A stretch of DNA of 34,353 nt from Malacoraja senta (Eukaryota): the NCBI GenBank assembly GCA_038087875.1, contig JAXLNO010001468.1:124001-158353 (forward strand), given 5' to 3'. Shown here one piece after another: positions 8,900 through 20,334 of the stretch (positions are counted from its first letter, which is position 1; each line of letters opens with the position of its first letter). The notes beneath the pieces are model-generated. The model did not search any database and was not told the DNA's origin. It was given only the letters and a program-made list of their open reading frames with translations. The position numbers were made by a program, and so were the translations under genes.

Positions 8900-11580
8900 G
8901 TTTATTCCCACTCTTTGCCTTCTACCTGTCAGCCAATCTTCTATCCATTCTGGTATCGTGCCTCTAATACCATGGGGTCCAATCTTGTTTAGCAGCTATG
9001 TGTGCGGCACCTTATCAAAGGCCTTCCGGAAATCCAAGTAAACAATATCGACTGACTCTCCTATGTTCATCATTCTTGTCTGCCTATTTTACCATGTGCC
9101 TCCAAGTACCATGACACCTCATCCTTAATAATGGACTCTAAAATCTTCGAACTTCAGAAGTCAGGCTAATTGGCTTAAAGTTTCCTTTCTTTTGTCTTGC
9201 TCCCTTCTTAGTGGAGTTACATTTGTGATTTTCCAGTCCTCTGGAATCATTCCTGACTCTAGTGATTCTTGAAAGGTCGCTAGTAATGCCTCTACAATCT
9301 TTACAGCTATCTTTTTCAGAGCCCGAGGGTGTAATGCATCTTGTCCAGGTAATTTATTCACCTTCAATCTTTTAGCTTCCCAAGCACCTTCTCCTCATGC
9401 TCTAAGAAACTGCACTCATTTCTGCCCCCTGACTCTCTTGAAATTCTGGCATGTTGCTGTGTCTTTCACTGTGAAACTGATGCAAAAAACATTCAGTTCG
9501 TCTGCCATCTCTTTGTTCCCAATGACTACTTCTCCAGTATTATTTTCCAGTTGTCCAATGTCCACTCTTGCCTCTCTTTTACTCCTTATACATCCGAATT
9601 TTTTTTTAATATCCTCTTTTATATCATTGGCATGCTTACCCTCATCGTTTTCCCCCATAATGCTTTTTTAGTTGTCTTCTCTTGGTTTTTGAAAGCTTCC
9701 TAATCATCTAGCTTCCTGATAATATTTGCCACATGATATGATTTCTCTTTAGCTTAATGCTGTCTTTGACTTCCTATGTCAGCAATGGTTGTCTCATTCT
9801 CCCTTTGGTATGTTTCTTCTTCTTTGGGGCAAAAAGATCCTGAGTCTTACAAGTTACTCCCAGAAACTCCTGCCATTGCTGCTCCTTCATCATTCCTGCT
9901 GGGGTCCCTTTCCAATCAAATTTAGCCTGCTCCTCCCTCATGCCTCTGTAGTCACCTTTACTCAACAGTAATACTGATACATCCAATTTTAGTTTCTCCT
10001 TCTCAAACTGTAGGTTGAAACGTATCATATTATGATCACTGCCTCCTAGGGGTTCCTTCACCTTAAGCTCCCTAATCAAATCTGGTTCATTACGCCAAAT
10101 CCAGAATCGCCTTTTCCCTAGTAGACTCAACCACAAGCTGCTCTAAGAAGCCATCATGTAGGCATTCTACAAATTCCTTCTCTTGGGATCCCGTACCAAC
10201 CTGATTTTCCCAGTCTACCTGAGTATTGAAATCTCCCATGAGCACTGTAACATTGCCTTTCTTACATGCTGATTGTACCTCCGGATGTCATTTGTTCCCC
10301 ATTTCCTGGCGGCTAGTTTTCGGAGGCCTGTATGTGACTCCCATCAGGGTCTTTTTACCCTTTTCTTAGTTTCTTAGCTGTACCCACAAGGATTCTACAT
10401 TTTCTGATCCTATGTTACCCCTTGCTAAGGACTGAATTTCATTCCTGACCAGCAGAGATACCCCACCACCTCTGCCTACCTGTCTGTCTTTTCGATAGGA
10501 TGTGTAGCCTTGTATATTCAGCTCTCATCTCTGATCCTCTTTCAGCCACGACTCTGTGATGCCCGCAATGTGGTACCTGCCAAATTCTAGCCGCGCTATA
10601 AGCTCATCCTTATTTTATGTTCTGCGTGCATTCAAATATAACACCTTTAGTTCAGTATTCACTCTTCTCGAATTGGTCCCCATGTTGCCTGACATTAGAC
10701 TCTTATCCCCTACTAAACTCTCAGTTCTATTTCTTATTCCTGAGACTTCAGTAACCTCTCCTGTGCTCTCCTTCCATTTAATTTTAACCATACGTTTCCA
10801 ATCTGAAATCTGCTGAAACATTCCACCATTTAGTTTAATCCACAGCACCAGTTATGTGATTTGCCAGAACCCTGGTCCCAACAGCGTTCAGGTGGAGTCG
10901 GTCCCATCGGAACAGCTCCCTCCTTCCTCAATACTGATGCCAATGTCCCATGACTACTTCCACACTAATCTTTGAGCTAGCCATTCATCTCTTTAATCTT
11001 ATCACGCCTATGCCAATTTGCTCATGGCTCAGGTAGCAATCCAGTGCTTAATTCCATTTTGGTTCTGATTTGTAATTTAATCCCTATCTGCTCAAATTCC
11101 CTCAGCAGAATCTCTTTCCTTGTTCCACTTCCATCATTGGTAGCCACATGGACTCCGACAACTGGATCTTCCCCCTCCCACTGCAAATTAATCTGCAGGT
11201 CAGATGAAATGTCCTGAACTCAGGCACCAGGCAGGCAACAGCCTTTGGGGCTCTTGATCCTTGCGAGAATTTTGTCCATTTCCCCAACTATACCATCCCC
11301 AATTATAACTAAGTTTCTCTTCTCTTCCCCCTTTTGAGTGGCTCGCTGATCCACGATGCCATGGTTAGGTTGATCATCCTTCCTACAGCCCCCAGGGAGC
11401 AAGAATCTCAGGCCTGTTAGACAAGCTCCTCCAACACTGCCTCTTGGATTCCCCCTACCTGCCTCACTCACAGTCACACCCTCCTTCTCCTGACCATGGG
11501 CCGAATTAAAAGTAGTTATTCTACTAACAGGTGTGACTACCGCCAGAAACACAGTATAATTCTCCCCATCCCTGATATGC
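8900..11580 (-). mobile_element. Old decayed CR1 LINE (ORF1 esterase, APE, partial RT)
   Basis: LVIIGDGIV/CLPGA (ORF1), LKVLYLNAR, LGGSDHNMI, PEDWKITNVTP, VDIVYLDFRKAFDKVPH; many stops and frameshifts. Confidence 0.88.
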
Positions 11581-11624
11581 CACCGATTCTAGCTTATGGA
11601 AACATTTTCTCATGAGTGAGTGTG

Positions 11625-11956
11625 CAGGATTGATAGAGGTCTTTAAAATTATGAGCGGGTTAGACAGAGTTGACATGGATAAGCTTTTTCCATTGAGAGT
11701 AGGGAAGATTCAAACAAGGGGACATGACTTGAGAATTAAGGGACAGAAGTTTGGGGGTAACATTAGGGGGAACTTCTTTACTCAGAGAGTGGTAGCTGTG
11801 TGGAATGAGCTTCCAGTGGAAGTGGTGGAGGCTGGTTCGATTTTATCCTTTAAAAATAGATTGGATGGGTATTATGGACGGGAAAGGAATGGAGGGTTAT
11901 GGTCTGAGTGCAGGTAGATGGGACTAGGGGGAAGTATTTTATTTTTTATTTTTTTA

Positions 11957-12007
<51 letters not shown>

Positions 12008-12080
12008 TTCGGCACGGACTTGAAGGGCCGAGATGGCCTGTTTCCGTGCTGTAATGGTTATATGGTTATATGGTTACATT
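11625..12080 (+). mobile_element. CR1 3' end with embedded (AAT)n
   Basis: LIEVFKIMSGLDRVD...FFTQRVVAVWNELP; (ggttatat) tail repeats. Confidence 0.9.
11958..12006. repeat. (AAT)n microsatellite, ~16 units
   Basis: Seen directly. Confidence 0.97.
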
Positions 12081-12131
12081 CCACACAAAAGCATAGTAAG
12101 ATGCTGAAAGACTAGGGTGTCCTTAAATCTG

Positions 12132-12228
12132 AAGATAGACACAAAATGCTGGAGTAACTCAGCGGGTCAGACAGCATCTCTGGAGGAAAGGAATAGGTGA
12201 CGTTTCGGGTCGAGACCCTTCTTCAGAC
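12132..12228 (-). mobile_element. 97-bp Penelope pLTR insert with intact minimal hammerhead core
   Basis: TSD ccttaaatctg (12121-12131) / ccttgaatctg (12229-12239). Confidence 0.85.
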
Positions 12229-12230
12229 CC
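12196..12230 (-). ncRNA. Minimal type I hammerhead ribozyme motif
   Basis: Minus strand gggt-CTGAAGA-a-gggtctcgaccc-GAAAC-GTC/acct: conserved core, 4-5 bp stem II, palindromic ACGU helix III, 3-4 bp stem I. Confidence 0.7.
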
Positions 12231-12720
12231 TTGAATCTGGCTGTGTGATGTTTTCACCGTATATGAGCACCATCTATGGTGCTGAATCCTTCTGCTGTGT
12301 CACATAGCTGCATGGAAGGTACACATATTTAGAGATGCAACAAAGCCTACTGCTTTCCACTTGCTCAGCCTGCTTAACTACTGATTTATAATACACAGAT
12401 GATCACATAGGTCCCATCCAGGCACAAAATGAGGACTGACAATGGAACACTCATCAAAGTCAACCTTGCACGATATTACTCATGAACATCTGGGCAACTC
12501 ATCCTTATATGGGGCAAAAATGTCCTACAGCTTGATGAACTCACAGTCAGACATGATCATACTCACAGAAACAAGTTCCAAACAAAATCCTATCATCTTT
12601 CTTCAGCATAAACTCCCTCCTTTATCCTTTAGTGGTCCTAACTTCTCCCTAGTTACCCTCTCATTTTTAATGCATATACAAAAAGCATTGGGATTCTCTT
12701 TAATCTGACTTAGCAATGAC

Positions 12721-13041
12721 AGGGCAGCACAGTGGTACAGCTGGTAAAGCTGCTGCCTCTCAGCACCAGAGACCCGGGTTCTATTCTGACCTCGGGTGCT
12801 GTCTGGGTGGAGTTTGCATGTTCTCCCTCTGACCACGTGGTTTCCCTCCGGGTGCCTAAGTTTCCTCCCACATCCCAAAGACATGCGGGTTTGTAGGTTA
12901 ATTGACTTCTATATATAGCCCCTCGCGTGAAGGGATGAGAAAGTGGGATAACATAGAACTGGTGTGAATGGATACTTGATATTTGGTATGGTCTCAGTGG
13001 GCTGAAGCTGTATCAATGTTGTATCTCTAAACTAAACTAAA
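12721..13041 (+). mobile_element. tRNA-derived V-SINE (HE1-like)
   Basis: A box tggtacagctgg, B box gggttctattc, V-domain-like gtggagtttgcatgttctccc...ttcctcccacatcccaaagac, (taaac)n tail. Confidence 0.85.
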
Positions 13042-13224
13042 TTTCATGGTCACCTCCTAATTCCCTGCTTCAGTTCTTTCCTGCTTCCTTTATATTCCTT
13101 AAAAACAATATGATTTTACCTTTTGAAACTTTACATGTACTTCCTTTATCTTTTTCACCACATTTACTGCCTATTTCATCAACCAAGGTTCCTTTACCTT
13201 GCCATCCCTGAACTTCATCTTTAC

Positions 13225-13370
13225 TGTTAGTTTAATTTGTTTATTATTATTGTCACGTGCACTGAGATACAGTGATAAACTTCGTTTGTTGCATGCTATC
13301 CAGTCAGTGGAAAGGCTATACATGATTACAATCAGCCTGTCCACAGTGTACCGATACAGGAGAAAGGGAA
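13225..13370 (-). mobile_element. 3'UTR fragment of Rex1-like LINE (same family as 19317-19830 and 25210-25700)
   Basis: Reverse complement of gattgtaatcatgtatag..tttcc.ctgactgg...gtgacaataa. Confidence 0.75.
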
Positions 13371-13611
13371 TCATGTTTTGTGCAAGATGTGCCAGTCTGG
13401 AACATGCCAGTCCTGAACTCTGATCAGCTGGTCTTTAAGTGACACCCACATGTCAAATGAGGACTTACCCTATAACAACTGCTCTCAATTTAATCTGATT
13501 AGCTCCTGCCTAATAATATTGTAATTTGCCCTCCCCCCAATTTCGTACTTTCCCCCAAGTTACAGACTTATCCTTATTCATTAAAACATAATGATCACCG
13601 TTCCAAAAATG

Positions 13612-14570
13612 TTTAAGAAAGAACTGCAGATGCTGGAAAAATCGAAGGTAGACAAAAATGCTGGAGAAACTCAGCGGGTGAGGCAGCATCCATGGAGCGA
13701 AGGAATAGGTGACGTTTCGGGTTGAGACCCTTCTTCAGGCTGATGTGGGTGTGGGGGGGGGCAGGAAGAAGATAGGAAGAGGGGTGGGCTGTGGGAGAGC
13801 TAGGAAGGGGAGGGGAAGGAGGGAGAAAGCAAGGACTATCTGAAATTGGAGAGGTCAATGTTCATACCGCTGGGGTGTAAACTACCCAAGCAAAATATGA
13901 GGTGTTGCTCCTCCAATTTGCGATGGGACTTACTCTGGCCATGGAGGAGGCCCAGGACAGAAAGGTCAGATTCGGAATGAGAGGGGGAGTTGAAGTGCCA
14001 CACTTGTCGCTTTACCTCCGCCCTCGACTCCATCCAAGGACCCAAGTAGTCATTCCAGGTAAGGCAGAGGTTCACCTGCATCTCCTCCAACCTCATCTAT
14101 TGCATCCGCTGTTCTAGGTGTCAACTGCTCTACATCGGTGAGACCAAGCGTAGGCTTGGCGAACGCTTTGCCCAACACCTCCGCTCAGTTCGCAATAACC
14201 AACCTGATCTCCCGGTAGCTCAGCACTTCAACTCCCCCTCCCATTCTGAATCTGACCTTTCTGACCTGGGCCTCCTCCATGGCCAGAGTGAGTCCCACTG
14301 CAAATTGGAGGAACAGCACCTCATATTTCGCTTGGGCAGTTTACATCCCAGCGGTATGAACATTGACCTCCAATTTCAGGTAGTCCTTGCTTTCTCCCAC
14401 CTTCCCCTCCCCTTCCTCGGTCTCCCACAGCCTACTGTCTCTGCCTCTTCCTTTCTTCTTCCCCCCCACCCCCACATCAGTCTGAAGAAGGGTCTCGACC
14501 CGAAACGTCACCTATTCCTTCGCTCCATAGATGCTGCCTCACCCGCTGAGTTTCTCCAGCATTTTTGTCT
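13612..14570. mobile_element. Penelope-like element as a back-to-back inverted pair; plus arm encodes a GIY-YIG endonuclease remnant
   Basis: FTCISSNLIYCIRCSRCQLLYIGETKRRLGERFAQH...LEEQHLIFRLGSLHPSGMNID. Minus arm ~13612-14000. TSD accgttccaaaaatg (13597-13611) / actgttccaaaaatg (14571-14585). Confidence 0.93.
14479..14512 (+). ncRNA. Minimal hammerhead motif in the Penelope pLTR
   Basis: agt-CTGAAGA-a-gggtctcgaccc-GAAAC-GTC/acc. Stem I is only 2 bp. Confidence 0.6.
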
Positions 14571-14779
14571 ACTGTTCCAAAAATGCTCAGCCACAGAAAC
14601 TCCAGTCATATGGTCAAGCTTATTTCCCACTAAAAGATCCAATGTGGTCCATCCTCAAGTGGGATTATCCACATATTTCTCCAAGAGGATCTCTTAGATT
14701 CACAGAACTAATTTTCCTCCATCCAATCTTCTTGCATTACGGAAGTCCCAGTCAATTGGGAAGATAAAGCTACTCAGTA

Positions 14780-15200
14780 CAACAACCCTGTTTCCCATCT
14801 GATTTTCCATCTTTCCATAATCTGTCCACATATCTATTCCTCTATCTCCCGCTGGCAATTGGGAGGCCTACAGTAGAATCCAATCAGGGTGATTGCACTT
14901 TTCTTATTTTTGAGCTCTAGTCATATTGCTTTGGTATCCGCCATTAATGTAACTCCACCACCTCCTTCTCTATCACATCTGAAATATCAAAACGTGGGAA
15001 CATTAAACAGCTAGTCCCATCCCTCTCACAACTAAGTGTCTGTAATGACCACCACATCATTGTTCCATGCACTGATGCAGGCTCTAAATTCATCTTTTTT
15101 ACCCACAATACTCCTTGCATTTAAATAAACACACTTCAGTCCACCATATTCACCATGTTTATTAATCTATTCCTGCCTCTCATTCCTTTCAGACTTACTT
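14780..15200 (-). mobile_element. Old CR1 APE-region fragment
   Basis: Minus-strand LKCVYLNARSIVGKKDEFRACIS, homologous to the start of ORF 211..1275. Confidence 0.75.
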
Positions 15201-15219
15201 GCTCTAAACATCTTCTTGT

Positions 15220-15460
15220 GACCATGCGTGTTTCCTCAGGGTGCTCCTGATTCTTGCCACATCCCAATGCTACATGCATTGGTAGTTAACTGGCCACTGT
15301 AACTTGTCCATGGTATGTAGATGAATAACATAATCTGCAGTGGGCTGATGGGAATGTGATTTGAATGAAAAAAAGTATTAATATAGGATTAGTATAAATG
15401 GGTACTTGATAGTAAGTGTGTACTCAGTGGGCCAAAGGTCCTGCTTCCATGCTCTGGATG
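15220..15460 (+). mobile_element. Degenerate 5'-truncated V-SINE
   Basis: gtttcctcagggtgctcc..ttcttgccacatcccaa and actcagtgggccaaagg, similar to 12721-13041. Confidence 0.65.
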
Positions 15461-16315
15461 GAAGTGTCTCAACTTTCAACATTCTTCCACAGATGTTCTA
15501 TGGCCGACCAAATTCAGCCAGCAGTTTAATATTTAACCCAGACCCCTGCTTCTGCAGTCTCTCGGGTCTCCCGTTTCCATGCTGTATGACTCAATTAATG
15601 GATTTGTAAAGTTATCCGCATCTTAAGAATTAATTTAAAAACAGCCATTAACTGAGGAAGAACTTGCTCCTCAACATGGGCAAATAAGGAAGAATGGTTG
15701 ATTTTCCTGAATTGGCATATGTCAACTTTGCTGACATTTGGCATCACATTATCCCTTTTGAAGGAAAGGCATAATTAAACATATTTTTTATGAGGTGTAT
15801 GTCTGGACACAGGAAAACAGTGAAATTCACAATAAAAAGATAATCCACGCAGAAAACGATTCTACTTAAACAAAGGAAGAAACATAGCCTATAAAAGAAA
15901 TGCCGGAAGTTCTCCAGTTGTATAATTTTATTTTTCGTTACCATCACACTAATGCAAAATGGAACAGTTTTTCATAATTTCACAGAAAATATAGAAATAA
16001 TATTCAGCTAATTTTAAGACAACTAGAGCCTCAGCAAAATGAAATCAACAGAAATGTCATGCCCTATTTGTGCTTCGCTTTGTGAATGAGAGGATGTGTG
16101 GTATTTGCTGAATTGAATTACCTCATGGATTTTCTGAGAAATGAAGTTATCAAAGACATTAACTTGTTTCCCTTGGTAAAACACAGGAAGTGTCAGGGAA
16201 AGGATATTTGGCCGAGTAAATGATCCAGAATAAATTGTTTTACCTCAGTTCCATCAATGTCTCAACTGTTCTTTTAAAGATTTACTCAGAAATCAAACAA
16301 AATTATATAACCAAA

Positions 16316-16531
16316 AGGGCCTGTCCCACTTTCACGACGTAATTCACGACCTCTGCCGAGTTTGCCCCTGACTCATACTCGCAGCATGGTCGTCACGAGG
16401 TCGTAGGAGGTCGTGATGCTAGTCGTAGGTACTCGTGGCATCAAGTAGGTCGGGGCGTTTTTTTAGCCTGATGAAAAATGTCCACGAGTAAAAAAGGTTG
16501 AGAATTAGGTCGTGAAAGTGGATCAGGCCCT
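16316..16531. mobile_element. 216-bp MITE, PIF/Harbinger-like
   Basis: ~30-bp imperfect TIRs agggcctgtcccactttcacgacgtaatt / aattaggtcgtgaaagtggatcaggccct; 3-bp flanks aaa/aaa. Confidence 0.8.
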
Positions 16532-16715
16532 AAAGCAGGAAATGTCCTTTAGCAATAACAATGATTTATGGGATCCCTGTGTGCACAGGATTATTCGCTG
16601 AATCCAGGCAGAATCAGAACCTATCACCGCATCCCAACCAAACCGGAAATGGAATTTAAAAATGGCTTGGGGAATATATGAAACTTTAGATGCTGTCCAT
16701 GTAATACTAGAGATG

Positions 16716-16925
16716 TCATAGTCATAGAATGATACAGTGTGGAAATAGGCCCTTCGGCCCAACTTGCCCACACCGGCCGACATGTCCCAGCTACACTAGT
16801 CCCACCTGCCCGTGCTTGGTCCAACCGGACCTATCCATGTACCTATCTAACTGTCTCTTAAACGTTGGGATAGTCCCAGCCTCAACTATCTCCTCTGGCA
16901 GCTTGTTACATACACCCACCACTAC
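16716..16925 (-). mobile_element. CR1 3' end
   Basis: VVGVCNKLPEEIVEAGTIPTFKRQLDRYMD; (ctatga) tail. Confidence 0.88.
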
Positions 16926-17179
16926 GGGGGAGATATTATCTTTTGAAATGCTACTTTTAGTTTCAAGCTGACTTCTGCAGACACAACAAACTCGCAAAGA
17001 TTAATTGTTTTTGCACAGGAAACACATGGCAGTGCTGATGGTTAATGTAGAACAATCACACTGATTCCCAATACGATTTCGTGCACATTAAAATAAATTC
17101 TTTATCACCTTTTCCAGTTTTGCTAACGGGAATTGGAAGGGATTCAAGATGAATGCAGCCAACAAGTGCCATTAGCAGA

Positions 17180-17440
17180 GTGGGACAGGCAGCATCTCTG
17201 GAGAGATGGAATGGGTGACGTTTCGGTCGAGGCCCTTCTTCAGACGTCACCCATTCCTTCCCTCCAGAGATGCTGCCTGTCTCACTGAGTTACTCCAGCA
17301 TTTTCTGTCTACCTAGCTGACAGTGGGACAGCCATGATCATATTGAATGGCGGTGCTGGCTCGAGGGGCCGAATGGCCTACTCCTGCACCTATTGTCTAT
17401 TGTCTATTCAGTTTAAACCAGCATCTGCACAGGTGTCACA
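17180..17440. mobile_element. Penelope pLTR fold-back insert with a nested CR1 3' tail (~17325-17408)
   Basis: Arms joined at the gacgtc palindrome (17243-17248). TSD aacaagtgccattagcaga (17161-17179) / aacaggtgccattagcaga (17441-17459). Confidence 0.85.
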
Positions 17441-17639
17441 AACAGGTGCCATTAGCAGAAACATTTTGGATTTGAAAAGACTAATTTTATGATCTAATGC
17501 CTGTAATTTTGTACACACTTTCCATTGTTCATGGGGGATTGCTATTTCTACATTTTCTTTTTTGTGTTTTTGGAAGGAATTCTGTCCCTGATTTGTGTAT
17601 TGGTCTTTATAACTTATTTTTTTAAATTCTGATTATATG

Positions 17640-17720
17640 TTTCCTATAAATCTCTGTAAGGTGTCCTTGAGACCTCGGTATAAGGCGCCCGTAAATAAAA
17701 TTCATTATTATTATTATTAC
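17640..17720 (+). mobile_element. L2-clade LINE/SINE 3' tail
   Basis: tgtaaggtgtccttgag...aaggcgcccgtaaataaaattc(att)n resembles the L2 3' stem-loop plus microsatellite tail. Confidence 0.6.
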
Positions 17721-18114
17721 ATTGACACAGAATAGGGCCTACTTGTAATACACAGACTAGTCCACATTGTAAAGAATCATTTGCCTACTGAGCAGCAGAG
17801 GATGAGTGTCCAGTGTTGGACAATGTACGTATCAAATATAAAATCTGAGTAAATATAATTCAAGTGGATCAACGGAATTTTCAGTCAATTTTGTGGCACA
17901 GTAAAAATGTTTGGTTTATCGCTGTATCTGTCATTATCCAGGAAGCACAACAGACTAAAAAGGTGGAAAGCAAGGTAAATCCAGGATAGGAATAGTGGTG
18001 ATATGTAGAAAGCCAAAAGGGTCATTATATGAAGGACATGTTCTCATCTGTAACATATGAAGGGTCTTCATACCTGTCCTGTGCTGAATAGGTTAATGGG
18101 TTATTTATATTTAC

Positions 18115-19245
18115 CTCACCTTTCACCCCAGCAGCCTCACATCATCCTCTGACATTTCCATCACCTCCAATGTGATCCCACCACAATTCACATGTTCCCA
18201 TCTCCACCCCTTTCTGCCTTCTTCGGAGACTGCTCCCTCCACAACTCCTTGGTTCACTAATCCCTTCCCAGCCAAATCCCCCCCTCCCCAGGTACTTTCC
18301 CCAGCAATGGCAGGAGATGTACCACCTGTCCTTATACATCCTCCCTCGACTCCATTTAGATACCTCGCCAGTCCTTCCAGGTGAGACAGAGTTTCACATT
18401 ACAGACAGCCTCACCTGGTCCAGAAACACCACTGGGACCGTCAAAAGGGCCCATCAGCGACTGCACTTCCTGAGGAAACTAAAACAGGCCTCACTCCCCA
18501 CCAACATCCTCAGGACTTTCTACAGGGGTACGGTGGAGTCTGTACTCACGTACTGTTTAAATATGTGGTACTCCACCTGCAACTGCTCGGACAGGAAGGC
18601 TCTGCAGAGGGTAGTGAGGGGAGCAGAGAAGATCATTGGCGTCTCCCTACCCTCGGTACAAGAACTGTTCCTGAGCCGCTGTTGGAAAAAAGCTCAGAGA
18701 ATTGCTAAGGACAAACTGCACCCCCTCCACATACAACTGGATCTCCTGCCATCAGGCAAGAGATATCGCAGCATCAAAGCCCGGACTACAAGACTGCTAA
18801 ACAGCTTCCTGCCATATGCTGTGAGGCTGCTAAACAGCCACTCGGTACTCACAGTCACCTGATTCTGCGGCTTGGCACGGACACTATAATAACTGGCACT
18901 GGCCACTTCAATAACTGGCACTGGCCACTCAAATCAGCCACCCCGGACATGTTTATGATTGGTCTTACTGTTTTTTAACGTTGTTTTTATCTATTTTAAC
19001 TTTATACTGTTCCATCAGGGACTGGATTGTTTTTAGTGTTATTATGTGTGAAATGTTTTAAACTTCATGTGCGGTGCTCCGGTATTCCCTAGGAAACGTC
19101 TTTTCGTTTTGCACTGTACAACTGTTGCTTGCAAGATGACAATAAAGGTTGAATTGAGTTTCACATGCACCTCCTAAAATCTCATCTACTGCATCAGATG
19201 CTCCCAATTGGCGAGACAAAGCGTAGACTCAGAGACCGTTCGTTG
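18115..19245 (+). mobile_element. Old Penelope ORF fragment (linker to GIY-YIG) split by a Rex1 insertion
   Basis: GTFPSNGRRCTTCPYTSSLDSI..RQSFQVRQSF | resumes at 19167 with CTS*NLIYCIRCSQ..GETKRRLRD. Confidence 0.85.
18400..19155 (+). mobile_element. 5'-truncated Rex1/Babar-like LINE
   Basis: HITDSLTWSRNT...KRAHQRLHFLRKL...VESVLTY...LLPSGKRYRSI (C-terminal DUF1891-type region). 11-bp TSD gagtttcacat (18389-18399 / 19156-19166); aataaa followed by a ttgaa tail. Confidence 0.92.
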
Positions 19246-19316
19246 ATTACCAGGTCAGCTATTGTACCAAATATGTGAATTAGCACCAGGATCATTCGCT
19301 CCTTAAACCTGCTCTG

Positions 19317-19830
19317 GTGTGAAAATGCACACCTCCAGATTTAGGTACAGTTTCTTCCCAGCTGTTATCAGGCAACTGAGCCATCCTATCACCAACTAGA
19401 GAGCCGTCCTGGCCTACCTACCATCTGACTCATTGGAGACCCTCGGACTATCTTTAATCAGACTTTACTGGACTATCTTGCACTAAACGTTATTCCCATT
19501 GCCCCATATCTGTATACTGTGGACGGCTTGATTGTAATCACGTATAGGAAGGAACTGCAGATGCTGGTTTAAACCAAAGATACACACAAAATGCTGCAGT
19601 AACTCAGCGGGATGGGCAGCATCTTTGGAGAGAAGGACCAGTCTGAAGAAGTGTTTCGACCCGAAACATCACTCAATTCTTCTCTGCAGAGATGTTGCCT
19701 GTCCCTTTGAGTTACTCCAGCATTTTGTGTTTCTCTTGTAATCATGTATAGTCTTTCCGCTGACTGGGTAGTACATAACAAAAAAGCTTTTTGCTGTATC
19801 TAGGTACAGGTGACAATTAATTATAGTAAA
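19317..19830 (+). mobile_element. Rex1-like 3' end interrupted by a Penelope fold-back
   Basis: VKMHTSRFRYSFFPAVIRQL; collinear with 25210-25700. Confidence 0.85.
19548..19735. mobile_element. Penelope pLTR fold-back insert
   Basis: TSD ttgtaatcacgtatag (19532-19547) / ttgtaatcatgtatag (19736-19751). The empty-site sequence is visible in the related copies at ~25605 and ~13320. Confidence 0.88.
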
Positions 19831-19907
19831 CTAGTTCTAGATTCTCCCACAAGACGAAACATCCTCTGCCCTGGACCCTGTCACAATCTCAATTTCAAAT
19901 AGCTGCT

Positions 19908-20150
19908 GAGAATCAGAATAGTCAGAATCAGAATAGTACTTTATTTGCCAAGTATGTTTTGCAACATATGAGGAATTTCATTTGCCAAGTCGGTCATACA
20001 AATTAAAAGCAACAGAACACACAACATACATTTTAACATGAACATCCACCACAGTGACTTCTACACATTCCTCACTGTGATGGAAGGCGAAATAAAGTTT
20101 GTCTCTTCCCTTTGTTCTTCTTTGTTGCTCCTCGACATCCAGGTCATCAG
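19908..20150 (-). mobile_element. 5'-truncated non-autonomous retroelement with hairpin core and Rex1-type tail
   Basis: Shares gaagaacaaag...ccatcacagtgagga...cactgtggtggatgtt with 21595-21685; (attctg) tail. Confidence 0.65.
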
Positions 20151-20334
20151 GTAATTGTGAAGACATTTGTTATTTCCAGCTTCAGGAAAGTATTGAATAG
20201 AGATGGAAGTACTTAAAAAACGGAAGTTTTCAAAAAAGTACCACAAAATTTGCGACTGAGATAAAAAGAGGTAAGTGAAAACGTATCACATGAAATCAGT
20301 GAACAGAGAATATGGGATTAAGGTAATTACAGTC

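Noticed and set aside
11918-12115. ORF with a poly-Ile run resembling a TM protein
   Set aside because: Translation of the (AAT)n microsatellite in a CR1 3'UTR.
18888-18930. ~21-bp tandem repeat in the Rex1 3'UTR (also a 17-bp tandem at ~29025-29060)
   Set aside because: Ordinary slippage duplications inside transposons.
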